NCBI GenBank assembly: GCA_022764265.1
Contig: JALERO010000119.1
Location: forward strand, 11,700-75,699
DNA: 64,000 bases
Direction of reading: 5' to 3'
Source: Eubacterium sp.
GTDB lineage: Bacteria; Bacillota; Clostridia; Lachnospirales; Lachnospiraceae
The notes under the pieces: generated by a model
What the model was told of the DNA's origin: nothing
Seen by the model: the letters and a program-made list of their open reading frames with translations, nothing else
The model's database searches: none
Made by a program: the position numbers and the translations under genes
Shown here: positions 19,587 to 30,400 of the stretch, piece by piece
How positions within the stretch are numbered: the first letter of the stretch is position 1
Layout: each line of letters begins with the position of its first letter

Positions 19587-22500
19587 CTATTTATAATGAT
19601 TTTCTTCTATCTCTTTATCAATTTTCGCAATGTCCAACAGCGATAAATCTTCCCGACATCCGGACTCCAGGCTGGTCAGCAATGCATTTGCCGTGTCAAT
19701 GGAGGTCAGGCAGGTTACTCCGGTCTCCACCGCATGACGACGGATCACAAAACCATCCTTGCTGCGCTCAATTCCGTGGGATGGTGTGTCAATAATGAGG
19801 TCGATCTGATGACCGAGAATCAGGTCAAGCAGGTTCGGATGCGGTTCTTCGATCTTATTGATTCGTTTTGCAGGAACCCCGTTATCCTTTAAATATTTAC
19901 AGGTACTTCTGGTTGCATAAATCTCATAACCTAATGCTGCAAAACGACGTCCGACTTCCACGGCATCCAGCTTATCGCCGTCCTTCACGGTCATAATCAT
20001 CTTTTTATGCTTCGGCAGATCTACACCGGAACCAAGGAATGCTTTAAATAATGCCTCCTCGTAATTTTTTGAGATACCAAGACATTCTCCTGTGGATTTC
20101 ATTTCCGGTCCCAGACTGATATCCGCACCACGAATCTTCTCGAAGGAGAATACCGGCATCTTGATGGCCCAGTATGGCGATTCCGGTGCAAGTCCCGGTT
20201 CATAACCCAATTCTTTTAAGGTCTGTCCGGTCATCACCTTTGTGGCCAGATCTACGATCGGAATACCCGTAACCTTACTGATATAAGGAACCGTTCTGGA
20301 AGAACGAGGGTTAACCTCAATGACATAGACCTCATCTTCATAGACAATGAACTGAATATTGATCAATCCGATTACGTGAAGTGCCTTTGCCAGTAATTTC
20401 GTATAGTGGGCAATGACCTTCTTAATCTTCGGGGAAAGGTCCCTTGCAGGATAAACGGATATACTGTCACCGGAGTGAATACCGGCTCTCTCCACATGCT
20501 GCATGATACCCGGAATCAGAATATCCTCTCCATCGCACACCGCATCGACTTCCACTTCTTTTCCCATCAGATATTTATCAATCAAAATCGGATGTTCCTG
20601 AGCATATCTCTGAATGATATCCATAAACTCAATGATATCCGCATCGGAAATGGCAATCTGCATTCCCTGACCGCCCAGTACATATGACGGACGAATGAGA
20701 ACCGGATATCCGAGCTGATTTGCCACCCGGATTGCCTCTTCTTTGGTAAATACGGTATCTCCCTTCGGTCTTGGGATACAACATTCTTCCAGAATCTTGT
20801 CAAAGAGTTCTCTATCCTCCGCAGCATCGACATTTTCTGCGCTGGTTCCGAGAATCGGAACACCAATGCGGTTTAATTTTTCTGTTAATTTGATGGCGGT
20901 CTGTCCACCGAACTGTACCACGGCACCATCCGGCTTCTCCAATTCTACAATGTGCTCCACATCTTCTTCTGTGAGAGGTTCAAAGTACAGTTTATCGGCA
21001 ATATCGAAGTCGGTACTAACAGTTTCCGGATTGTTGTTGACGATGATCGTCTCATATCCCATATCTTTAAATGCCCACACACTGTGTACGGAGCAGTAAT
21101 CAAATTCAATACCCTGACCGATACGAATCGGACCGGAACCGAGTACCATGATTTTCTTCTTATCACTGATTTCTTCCACTTCATTAAAGCTGCCAAAGCA
21201 GGAATAATAATATGGAGTTTCTGCCGCAAACTCAGCTGCACAGGTGTCTACTACTTTATAGGCAGGCCGGATATCCATCTCATTTCGCAGATTCTTGACA
21301 TAGGCTTCATCTTTGCCAATCAGTTGTCCGATCACATTATCCGGGAATTCCATTTCCTTGGCACGAAGCAATAACTCTCTATTCAGAGTCTCCGCATTTC
21401 GGAGAGTTGCTTCCATCTGCACGATATTATTCAGCTTATCGATAAACCAGCGGTCGATCATGGTAATGTCATGAATCATTGCCGGATCAAAGTTACGGCG
21501 CAGCGCCTCTGCAATACAGTAAATGCGCAGGTCATCTACAATATGAAGATGCTCTTCTAATTCTTTGTCGCTGAGCTTATCAAAATCTCCGTGCATCAGA
21601 CTATCCACATGCTGTTCCAGAGAGCGGAGGGCTTTCATGAGGGCACCTTCAAAGTTAGTGCAGATACTCATAACCTCACCGGTTGCCTTCATCTGGGTAG
21701 TCAGGTGACGGGATGCGGAAATAAACTTATCAAATGGAAGGCGAGGGACCTTAACAACACAGTAATCCAGTGCCGGCTCAAAGCTGGCAAAGGTTTTACC
21801 TGTCACCGCATTTTTAATCTCATCCAGGTGATAACCCAACGCAATCTTGGCAGTTACCTTTGCGATCGGATAACCGGTTGCCTTGGAAGCCAAGGCGGAG
21901 GAGCGGCTGACACGAGGGTTAACCTCAATGACACAATACTCAAAGCTTTCCGGATGGAGGGCAAACTGTACATTACATCCACCTTCCACACCCAGCTCGG
22001 AGATAATATTGAGTGCGGAATTACGGAGCATCTGATACTCTTTATCTCCCAGCGTCTGAGACGGTGCCACAACAATACTGTCACCGGTATGGACACCGAC
22101 CGGGTCAATATTTTCCATATTACAAACGGTAATGCAGGTTCCGTTTCCGTCACGCATTACTTCGTACTCAACTTCTTTCCAGCCGGCGATACATCTCTCC
22201 ACCAGCACCTGTCCCACACGGCTTAAACGAAGACCGTTCTGAATGATCTCCACAAATTCTTCTTCATTGTTAGCGATACCGCCGCCGCTGCCACCCAGGG
22301 TGTAAGCCGGACGTAATACTACCGGATAACCGATTTCTGCTGCGTATTCCAGACCATCTTCCACTGTTGTGACGATCTTACTCGGTGCAATCGGCTCTCC
22401 GATCTTCTCCATGGTCTCCTTGAAGGCTTCTCTGTCTTCCGCCTTACGGATGGTCTTTCCGCTGGTACCGATCAATTTTACCTTGTGTTCTCTTAAAAAT

Positions 22501-22817
22501 CCGCATTCATCCAGCTCCATGGCAATATTCAGTGCCGCCTGCCCGCCGAGGGTCGGAAGAAGGCTGTCCGGAGAAACCTTAATGATTAATTTCTTGATTA
22601 CTTCCGGTGTAAGGGGCTCGATAAATACTTCATCGGCTATATCTTTATCTGTCATAATGGTGGCCGGATTAGAGTTAACCAGAACAACATGAATTCCCTC
22701 TTCTTTCAGAGAACGGCAGGCCTGGGTTCCTGCATAGTCAAACTCTGCTGCCTGTCCGATGACGATCGGACCGGAACCAATGACAAGTACTTTTTTTATA
22801 CTGGGATTCTTAGGCAT
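19587..22817 (-). CDS. carB: Carbamoyl-phosphate synthase large subunit
   Basis: GSGPIVIGQAAEFDYAG, duplicated ATP-grasp, IEVNPR twice; start taken at MPKN (22817). Confidence 0.98.
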   Translation of the reverse strand: MPKNPSIKKVLVIGSGPIVIGQAAEFDYAGTQACRSLKEEGIHVVLVNSNPATIMTDKDIADEVFIEPLTPEVIKKLIIKVSPDSLLPTLGGQAALNIAMELDECGFLREHKVKLIGTSGKTIRKAEDREAFKETMEKIGEPIAPSKIVTTVEDGLEYAAEIGYPVVLRPAYTLGGSGGGIANNEEEFVEIIQNGLRLSRVGQVLVERCIAGWKEVEYEVMRDGNGTCITVCNMENIDPVGVHTGDSIVVAPSQTLGDKEYQMLRNSALNIISELGVEGGCNVQFALHPESFEYCVIEVNPRVSRSSALASKATGYPIAKVTAKIALGYHLDEIKNAVTGKTFASFEPALDYCVVKVPRLPFDKFISASRHLTTQMKATGEVMSICTNFEGALMKALRSLEQHVDSLMHGDFDKLSDKELEEHLHIVDDLRIYCIAEALRRNFDPAMIHDITMIDRWFIDKLNNIVQMEATLRNAETLNRELLLRAKEMEFPDNVIGQLIGKDEAYVKNLRNEMDIRPAYKVVDTCAAEFAAETPYYYSCFGSFNEVEEISDKKKIMVLGSGPIRIGQGIEFDYCSVHSVWAFKDMGYETIIVNNNPETVSTDFDIADKLYFEPLTEEDVEHIVELEKPDGAVVQFGGQTAIKLTEKLNRIGVPILGTSAENVDAAEDRELFDKILEECCIPRPKGDTVFTKEEAIRVANQLGYPVLIRPSYVLGGQGMQIAISDADIIEFMDIIQRYAQEHPILIDKYLMGKEVEVDAVCDGEDILIPGIMQHVERAGIHSGDSISVYPARDLSPKIKKVIAHYTKLLAKALHVIGLINIQFIVYEDEVYVIEVNPRSSRTVPYISKVTGIPIVDLATKVMTGQTLKELGYEPGLAPESPYWAIKMPVFSFEKIRGADISLGPEMKSTGECLGISKNYEEALFKAFLGSGVDLPKHKKMIMTVKDGDKLDAVEVGRRFAALGYEIYATRSTCKYLKDNGVPAKRINKIEEPHPNLLDLILGHQIDLIIDTPSHGIERSKDGFVIRRHAVETGVTCLTSIDTANALLTSLESGCREDLSLLDIAKIDKEIEENHYK

Positions 22818-23889
22818 CTTTTGCAACCTCCATCATATTCATAAACTCTTTGAACAGAAACTCGGAATCGTTCGGTCCCGGACAAGCCTCCGGATGGAAC
22901 TGAACGGTCATGACATTTTTTCCAAGGTAATGAACTCCCTCCAGAGTTCCGTCATTGACATTGACGAAGCTCACTTCTGCCACATCTCTGTTCAGAGTAT
23001 CTTCCATAACCACGTAGCCATGGTTCTGGGAAGAAATATATACTCTTCCGGTCTTCAGATCTTTTACCGGATGATTTGCACCACGATGTCCGTAATGCAT
23101 CTTTTTGGTATCCGCGCCATTGGCGAGGGCCATCAGCTGATGACCGAGACAGATTCCGAAAATCGGAATATCTGTGGCAAATAATTTTTTTAATTCTTCA
23201 ATAATCTCCACACACTCTTTTGGATCCCCCGGTCCATTGGAAAGCATAATTCCATCCGGCTGATCCGCAAGTACTTCTTCCGCCTTTGTGTAAGCAGGAT
23301 ATACGGTAACCTGACATCCCAGGCGATTTAAGGATTTCTCAATGTTTTGTTTTGCACCGTAATCCATCAGTGCAACGCGGAATCCATCTCCAGGAAGAAC
23401 TCTCTTCTCCTTACAGCTCACCTTTCGAACCACACCCTCTACCTTATAGGCTCTGATTCGCTCCAGTTCTTCCTCCAGATTAAAATCCTCTCTGGTGGTG
23501 ATCAAACCATTCATCACGCCATGCTCTCTGGAAATTCTGGTAAGGTGTCTGGTGTCAATCCCGGAAATACCTGGTATGTCATATTCCTTTAAGAATGCAT
23601 CCAGAGTCATCTCATTACGGAAATTACTTGCAAGGGTGGAATATTCTCTGACAATCAGACCATCCGGCCATGGATGTCTTGATTCCATATCTGCCTTACA
23701 AATACCATAATTACCAATCAGAGGATAGGTCATAACAACAGCCTGTCCGGCATAGGACGGGTCTGTGAGAATCTCCAGATATCCTGTCATGGATGTATTA
23801 AACACAATTTCGCTGACTACTTCTCTTGTGGAGCCGAAGCTTTCGCCAGTCAGCACAGTTCCATCTTCTAAGATAAGAAATCCTTTCAT
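22810..23889 (-). CDS. carA: Carbamoyl-phosphate synthase small subunit
   Basis: FNTSMTGY, SNGPGDP, GICLGHQ, SQNHGY, QFHPEA. Confidence 0.97.
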   Translation of the reverse strand: MKGFLILEDGTVLTGESFGSTREVVSEIVFNTSMTGYLEILTDPSYAGQAVVMTYPLIGNYGICKADMESRHPWPDGLIVREYSTLASNFRNEMTLDAFLKEYDIPGISGIDTRHLTRISREHGVMNGLITTREDFNLEEELERIRAYKVEGVVRKVSCKEKRVLPGDGFRVALMDYGAKQNIEKSLNRLGCQVTVYPAYTKAEEVLADQPDGIMLSNGPGDPKECVEIIEELKKLFATDIPIFGICLGHQLMALANGADTKKMHYGHRGANHPVKDLKTGRVYISSQNHGYVVMEDTLNRDVAEVSFVNVNDGTLEGVHYLGKNVMTVQFHPEACPGPNDSEFLFKEFMNMMEVAKDA

Positions 23890-23976
23890 GCTGTCATATT
23901 CCTTTCTATATAACACATCAAATGTGATCGTGGACTTTCATTTATATAAAAGAATGGGCTATATTTCCATTACGGC

Positions 23977-24093
23977 AAAAAAAAAGACGGGATCCCCCGG
24001 CTTCTTTTCAGTAGCTAATCGAATTCAATCAGACAAATTGTTGCCGGGAGCGTATCTTTTCGTACAAGGCTGCCATGAAACGCCACCGCTTTC
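23977..24093 (-). promoter_or_regulatory. Leader attenuator upstream of carA (terminator hairpin plus U-tract; possible ANTAR target)
   Basis: Minus strand: GC-GGTGGC-GT hexaloop hairpin, then AAAAGATACGCTCCCGGC...GCCGGGGGATCCCGTC-T9. Confidence 0.55.
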
Positions 24094-24120
24094 CTTTATA
24101 TAAATACTTAAATTGCTAAG

Positions 24121-24149
24121 ATTCTAACATATATCTTATCCAAATACAA
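24121..24149 (-). promoter_or_regulatory. SigA-type promoter of the carAB-glnA operon
   Basis: Minus strand TTGTAT-N17-TAGAAT with TG extension. Confidence 0.65.
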
Positions 24150-24277
24150 GAGAGGAACCATGAAATTTTTTAAATTTTAACAATCGCTTTTTTATTTTTC
24201 TCATTATCTTTATATTATTTCTTTTTTCTATGAAATTTCGGGGCAAATCCTTTCTATCCCTTAATTTTCTGAAGTAA

Positions 24278-24321
24278 AACAGCGTATCTCATGGTTACTT
24301 TTTCCATTTCGACACGCTGTT
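24278..24321. terminator. Hairpin downstream of the sleC 3' half
   Basis: AACAGCGT...ACGCTGTT inverted repeat. Confidence 0.45.
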
Positions 24322-24391
24322 AAAATGAATTTATTTTTTTTAATCCTTCATTTTGCAAATTGTTTTTGCAAAAATTCCACAGAAAATCTGT

Positions 24392-24977
24392 TCACATGAG
24401 CTCCGCAATCCGGCTTACACCCACATAAATCTGGCTGATTTTGTACCAGGTCGCAAAATCCACCTCACCTGTCTGGGGCAGATTAAAGATTTTCTGAAAG
24501 GTTTTCACTGCATTTGCGGTTTCTGAACCGTACACACCATCCACCCGGATCGTAGGGATGGCCGGATAATCCCCGGCAATGGTATTTAGCTGCATTTGCA
24601 TCTGTCGCACCTTCGGTCCGGAAGAACCGATGGTGAGAGTATAGCCGGGATAAGATGCCGGGATTCCGGATATTTCTTCGGCAGTATTGATATAAATATC
24701 CTCCCCGTAATAATATCTGAGAATTTCTTCGGCGGTCAGGCCGTCATCTCCCAGGCTCTTGGATCCCCACTGGCTCATATGATTCGGACAGCTCACCCGT
24801 TTTCCATCACAATACTGCGTGAGAATCGGCTGGCTCACGTCCGGTCTTGACAAAAATGCATTGAAAATTTCATCGACAATCAGATTGATCGATTCAAAAG
24901 TATTCTTCCCATTCATCCATTTCTGATCGTAGGCCGTCGAGGATGTGATCGTAAAATCATAGCCTTTGTTGCGGTAC
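24392..24977 (-). CDS. sleC: Spore cortex-lytic enzyme SleC, 3' half (split gene; rest of catalytic domain plus peptidoglycan-binding domain)
   Basis: YRNKGYDFTITSSTAYDQKW, PILTQYCDG, MSQWGSK, ILRYYYG, GSSGPKVRQMQMQLN...VDGVYGSETANAVKTFQKIFNLPQTG. Confidence 0.92.
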
Positions 24978-25002
24978 GTTGAAACCACCGGTCATTCGGG
25001 GT
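24972..25002. repeat. att junction at the recombinase end: core CGGTAC (24972-24977) plus arm CACCGGTCATTCGGGGT (24986-25002)
   Basis: Core is identical to 32020-32025; arm matches the reverse complement of 31999-32015 at 14/17. Confidence 0.85.
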
Positions 25003-26641
25003 GAAAGTTAAACCGAATAACAATTTCTTCTTTTTTCACAAGAATTTTGTCTATTATCTTATTCACCAGCACTCTCTTTATCTGGTTATCCGCATGTAAA
25101 AAGACATCCTTCCATGTAGGTACTTGCTTTCCAGGGCTTTCCCATTTCTGAAAGGATACATCGGTCTCCTTGAGCTTTGCTTTTAACTCAGTAATCATTA
25201 TCTTTTGTTTCCCCAGTTTTTTCTTTTGCATTTCAATCAGTGAAAGCAGATAGTCAAAGGAAATCGGATACTCTCCCCGCATGGCTTCCGGTATTTTATC
25301 TTCCAGTTCCCCAATGTTTTTCCGGATACACTCTAGCTGCTCTTGTTCCCGCAACAAAATATGCTCTTGTTCCTTTCTTGCTTCTCTGGCATTTTGGGTG
25401 ATCCGGTCACAAATATCATGATTCTCCTGAAGTTTGTTTATGTAATCGGCAAGGGTCACAAATACGATTTTTTCCAGTTTCTCTGCCTTAAACTGATCGT
25501 TTTTGTCATGGGGAACCCCCTGCCAGGCATTCTGACATTTATAAATTGGTACTTTTTTTGATTTCTTTTCTCCGGTCTTTTTTACGGTCCAATAATGATA
25601 CTTGCTTCCGTTGGTACATTTGCATCCGCAATATCCACAGTAAATAACATCCAATAACGGTAACATCCCGTCATTTCTGGTAATGGTTCGCTCCCTTTGA
25701 TTATTCGTAGATTTTTTATACTTTTTTCCTCGTTTTTTTCGTCTGCTCTGCACCAGATTCCAATCATCCGGATCGATGATCTGAATGTTGGGATTGGGTT
25801 TTTCGGAAAGAATCCACTCAGAATGACCTAACCTTTTTGTTCTGCCATCAGGCAGCTTCTCCCTTCTCTTATATGCCCTGTAGCCGGCATAAATCGGATT
25901 GGTCAGAATACTGGTGATCGTTCCGGCTTTCCAGACATCTCTCGGAGCAAGTTTCTGATAGTAAACGTTTTTATTTAATTCTTTTGCGATTTTTGCCGAT
26001 CCAAATTCTTTATCCAATGAAAGCTCATAGATATATTTCACCACTTCTGCCTGTTCCGGGACAATCTGTAATTCATGGAGCGCCCTTCCATGCTTACTTA
26101 ACTCACCGGACAGCACCAGTGTATAGCCATAGGGTGCTTTCCCTCCCATGAATTTCCCTTGTTGTACCAGCTTCCTGGCAGTATCCTTGACTCGCATTCC
26201 GGTATCGGAACTGCTCTTTTGCGCATTTCCATAACGAAGGGCCAGGACCATCTGCCCCATAATGTCGTTACTTTCCGGCGAGATGCAGCCGTCTTTCACC
26301 GTATAAATGTCCACCCCAAAGCTTTTCAACTGCATCACATATCCACCGATTTCCCACATGCGGCGACCGATCCGGTCATCCTTGTAAGCTACCAGAATAT
26401 CATACTTCCTTTTTTCGGCATCCTGCAATGCCTGCTGTAAAACATCTCTATCCTGCACCGCATTTTTATATCCGCTGTTGCTTCCCTCGAAGTATTCCGC
26501 TGCATCCAGAACCCACTCCTCGTGCTGATTCACGTATTCTGTCACAAGCTGACGCTGCACACTGAGGTCGCCATCCGCCTCTAACTGCTGATTGGAACTG
26601 ACACGAAGGAGGATACGAACCCTTTTCTTTTTGTTCATCAT
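24992..26641 (-). CDS. Large serine recombinase (SpoIVCA/CisA-like family)
   Basis: 549 aa; LLRVSS (Ser15 nucleophile), YKDDRIGR, GGKAPYGY, ILTNPIYAG, zinc ribbon YCGYCG, coiled coil, C-terminal IIDKILV. Confidence 0.96.
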   Translation of the reverse strand: MMNKKKRVRILLRVSSNQQLEADGDLSVQRQLVTEYVNQHEEWVLDAAEYFEGSNSGYKNAVQDRDVLQQALQDAEKRKYDILVAYKDDRIGRRMWEIGGYVMQLKSFGVDIYTVKDGCISPESNDIMGQMVLALRYGNAQKSSSDTGMRVKDTARKLVQQGKFMGGKAPYGYTLVLSGELSKHGRALHELQIVPEQAEVVKYIYELSLDKEFGSAKIAKELNKNVYYQKLAPRDVWKAGTITSILTNPIYAGYRAYKRREKLPDGRTKRLGHSEWILSEKPNPNIQIIDPDDWNLVQSRRKKRGKKYKKSTNNQRERTITRNDGMLPLLDVIYCGYCGCKCTNGSKYHYWTVKKTGEKKSKKVPIYKCQNAWQGVPHDKNDQFKAEKLEKIVFVTLADYINKLQENHDICDRITQNAREARKEQEHILLREQEQLECIRKNIGELEDKIPEAMRGEYPISFDYLLSLIEMQKKKLGKQKIMITELKAKLKETDVSFQKWESPGKQVPTWKDVFLHADNQIKRVLVNKIIDKILVKKEEIVIRFNFHPE

Positions 26642-26847
26642 AACACCCTCTCAGGGTGATAGATTCCATTCTTCCGCATCTGCCCTTTCAAAGCATGAGA
26701 CAGCACTCGATCTACTTCCTGTTGAATTCTGATTTCACGGTGCCATAACTCCTGTTGCTCCTGCTCATTTTCCGGTTTCGGAAACTCCAGAACCACTTTG
26801 ACGCCATCCTGCACCGTTTCCATACGGGTGTAATTTTCTTTTTTCAT
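26638..26847 (-). CDS. Small protein, candidate recombination directionality factor
   Basis: 69 aa; stop overlaps the recombinase start (ATGA); function inferred from position only. Confidence 0.65.
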   Translation of the reverse strand: MKKENYTRMETVQDGVKVVLEFPKPENEQEQQELWHREIRIQQEVDRVLSHALKGQMRKNGIYHPERVL

Positions 26848-26881
26848 GGAGATACCTGCTGATAGTTCGGTTGTTAATACA

Positions 26882-26910
26882 TTATTATGCGGAGCAAATC
26901 AAGAATTGAC
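26882..26910 (-). promoter_or_regulatory. Putative sporulation sigma (SigE/SigK-like) promoter for the small ORF-recombinase pair
   Basis: Minus strand GTCAATTC-N13-CATAATAA; CATA-type -10 is typical of SigE/SigK/SigG. Confidence 0.45.
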
Positions 26911-26911
26911 C

Positions 26912-26973
26912 TAAAACAAAAAGACTTCCTTCCAAATACCTTTTCTTTGTATGGAATGAAGTCTTCTGTTTTA
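26912..26973. terminator. Intrinsic terminator separating cargo genes from the recombinase unit
   Basis: TAAAACAAAAAGACTTCCTTCCA...TGGAATGAAGTCTTCTGTTTTA inverted repeat with T-rich ends. Confidence 0.7.
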
Positions 26974-27360
26974 TTATCCAATTTGCACTTTCTTCCCCTG
27001 AAAAGCAAATCCGTAGCTACGAATTTTGTTTTCAGGGATACCCCTGGCAATTAATTGTGCAGAATACTGCTTCTCTTCAATCTGCCGTAGGGCTTGCTTC
27101 ACAGTATCTTCCAGTGTTTTCTCCTCGTCCGGATCATGGATTTTGAATTCAAGAATAATGGCATCATCCTTTTCCGGATTTTTTGGTTCCAGCATGCTCA
27201 TGTTCAGTGTCTTACCAAAACGTCTGGGGCGGGTAATCAGAGTCACACTGTCTCTGCTCTCCCACCATTCACGAATGAACTCTGTCTTATCGATATAAAA
27301 AAGATTCTCTGATATTATTTTTTCAAAATCCTGTATTCCTATCCCCACTACTCTCGCCAT
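26974..27360 (-). pseudogene. AAA-ATPase-like/PD-(D/E)XK nuclease protein with a large in-frame internal deletion
   Basis: N-terminal GIGIQDFEKI..YIDKT..ITRPRRFGKTLNMSML fused directly to C-terminal EPKN..AIILEFK..ALRQIEEKQY..YGFAFQGKKVQIG; the family is normally >500 aa. Confidence 0.8.
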
Positions 27361-27457
27361 AGAAATAGCCCCCTTCATGACATTAACTATGTCATTTGCA
27401 GTAAATGTGTATTGTCTTTAGTATAACAGTTCAAAAACAGGATTACAATTCTTAACC

Positions 27458-30400
27458 TTAAAAAACATCTTTCCCCAGAATCCACTTCTTTAGAGTCCTT
27501 CCAAGGTTATTCAGATCCAATGGCTTGGCGATATGTTCATTCATTCCGATGGTTTTTGCCGCATGGATATCTTCGGCAAAGGCGTTGGCTGTCATGGCGA
27601 TGATCGGTACCTGCTTACAGTAATTCCTGCTCATGGCACGAATTGCTCTGGTAGCATCATAGCCGTTCATCTTCGGCATCTGAATATCCATAAAGATGAG
27701 ATCGTAATATCCGTCTTCACAGGTGTTTATCCTGTCAACGGCCTCTACGCCATCAGATGCACATTCAACAGCCAGTCCTGCCATTTCGAGGATTTCTGTG
27801 CCGATCTCCGCATTCAGCTCATTATCTTCTACCAGCAGAACTCGATGGCCGGATAGATTCAGGTTTCCCAACATCTTTGTTGGACTTTCCTGGTTGTGCA
27901 TATCATCATCGCCCACAAGGGTGGAGAAGGTCTTGGCCAGTCTGGAACGGAACAGCGGTTTACTGATGAATGCATTGGCTCCGGCCGCCCGTGCCTCCTG
28001 TTCGATGTCCGACCAGTCATAGGCAGAAATGATGATGATCGGCACTTCATTGCCCACGGCTTTTCGGATTGCCCGGGTAGTGGCAATGCCGTCCATATCC
28101 GGCATCTTCCAGTCAATGATACATGCGAAATAGTCTCTCTTCTGCTCATGATGGAGTACAACCTGCTCGACGGCTTTGGCTCCGGTGGAAACGCCCTCTG
28201 CTCGCATTCCGAGGTCATTCAGCATGCCGCAGCAGGATTCGAGACTCATCTCGTCATCGTCCGCCACAAGCACATCCAGATCAATAAATTTATCATAATG
28301 GATTTCCACTGCATCCTGAAGCTTAAGATAAATGGTCACCGTAAAACGGGATCCCACGCCCAGTTCACTCTCAACCTTAATATCACCGCCCATCATGCGG
28401 ACAATATTCCGGCTGATCGGCATGCCGAGACCGGTCCCCTGGGTCTTGCTGACATGATTATCATTTGCTCTTGCAAACGGTTCAAATACCTGATCCAGAA
28501 ATTCTTTGCTCATGCCGATTCCATTATCTTCAAAAACAAATTCAAAGCATCCCACTTTCGCCTGGTTGGATGGTCTCTCTGAGATAGACAGCTGAATCTT
28601 TCCGCCATCCGGTGTAAACTTCACCGCATTTCCCATCAAGTTCGTAAAAACTTTCTGGATGCGCAGACTGTCACCGATCACCTCTTCATGGCTCACGCCA
28701 CTGATATTCACAGAAAGCTCATGATGATGTTGTTCAATCTGGGCACTGGTCATGGTGAGAAGGTTATCGATCAGATCTGAAAGATTGAATTCTTCCTCGA
28801 TCAGATCTACTTTTCCGGATTCTATCTTGCTCATATCCAGAACTTCATTGATCAGACTGAGCAAATGTTTACTTGCCTGGGTAATCTTCTGCAGGCTGTC
28901 CTGCACCCGTTCTTTATCATCAATATGGGCTGCGGCGATGGCCGTCATGCCAATGATTCCGTTCATCGGGGTTCGGATATCATGGGACATATTAGACAGG
29001 AAATCTGTCTTAGCTCTGTTTGCAGTTTCTGCCGCATCAAAGGCCGCCTGCAATGCCATTTCCTGCTGGCGTTCTTTTTTGATCAGATCATCCACATTAC
29101 GGGTTCCGATGACTGCCACCAGTCTTCCGTCCTTTTCATGGACAAAGGATATTCGGGCCTGAAGATAAATCACCCCATGATCAGTCAATTTCTCATAGGT
29201 AAAGGAATAATCTTTTCCGTCTTCGCGGATATGATTCAAGGACAGCTTCTCAATAAATTCACTTCTGCTCGCCTCCGTAATCAATTCCTCGGAATAAGCA
29301 AGAATACCCTTTGACCAGCAATTATCATATTTAAGGAAATATTCCCGGATAGCCCTTCCTTCGTCCTCCTCCGCACGATAGGTTGTAACGATATCTGTTT
29401 CCGGATCAACGAGAAGCACGGAATAGTATTCCGAACCAAGTCCTTCAATGATCTCCCTCTGCATCTCCATCTCTCTGGTCTGCTTCAGCTGACGTCTCAT
29501 CTCCTCATCCACATCGCGCAGTCCCAGAATAAATGTGATGGCACCAGTCTTATCAACGGTTTTGACTACGTTCATTTCGTAATAATCAATGATACCGTTC
29601 ATATCCCTTCGATATCCGAGTTTATATAATCCAATCTCCGGAACCTTCTCCAAAAGTACATTCAATCTGCTGAAATCTCTGAGCCGCTCCCGATCCTCCG
29701 GAACAACAAAAACATCAATATATTTGGAAAGAACCGCCTCATAATCGCCAATCTCCAGAAGTTTATCCAGCACCTCCGGATCAATGCCGATACCATCGGT
29801 CCGATAGAGGGACATTTTCCCGGTCTTTGCATCAATTTTGAAGAGGCTGCTGTATTCCTGACTCAGGGCTGTAGAAATTTTTGTTTCTTCATGAAGAGCT
29901 ACATTGATTTTCTCCACTGCGACGAGGGCTTCCTCCACCTTTCGCTGCTGTGCCAGTTCCATTTTTTTCTCATCATTAATATTTTTAAATCCGATAACAA
30001 ATTCATTCCGTTCCATACTCGGCTTCACAAGCTGGCATTGAAAATACTGTATCCGATTGTCCCGGAAAACCCGATAATTGAAATAGTTGGTCTTTTTATC
30101 TGACAACAGTTCATTCACACCGGACACTGTGGATATCCGGTCAAACAGATACTGATCCTCCTCGAGCACATCATTTTCAATATACATTCGAATATTATCT
30201 TCATAATTACCGGCGGCAAATTTCTGTCCGTACCGGTCATTCATGGTCTGTCCCATGCGATAACAGATGGCCTCACAATTGTCCGCATTGACCGTATAGA
30301 TATTCTCATACGGGATGGCCAGTGCCTGAATTAGATTATCCTGGGATGCCAATTCTTCTTTTTCCGCTGTAATCCAACGAAGAGTACAGAGAACCGTTTT

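Noticed and set aside
23890-24120. PyrR attenuator upstream of carA
   Set aside because: The PyrR binding-loop consensus (AGUCC..GAGAG-like) was not found and no pyr genes are in the operon
24392-24988. 198-aa ORF as an independent peptidoglycan-binding protein gene
   Set aside because: Its GTG start lies within the att arm, has no evident RBS, and SleC similarity begins at the core (YRNKG); it is better explained as the 3' half of sleC
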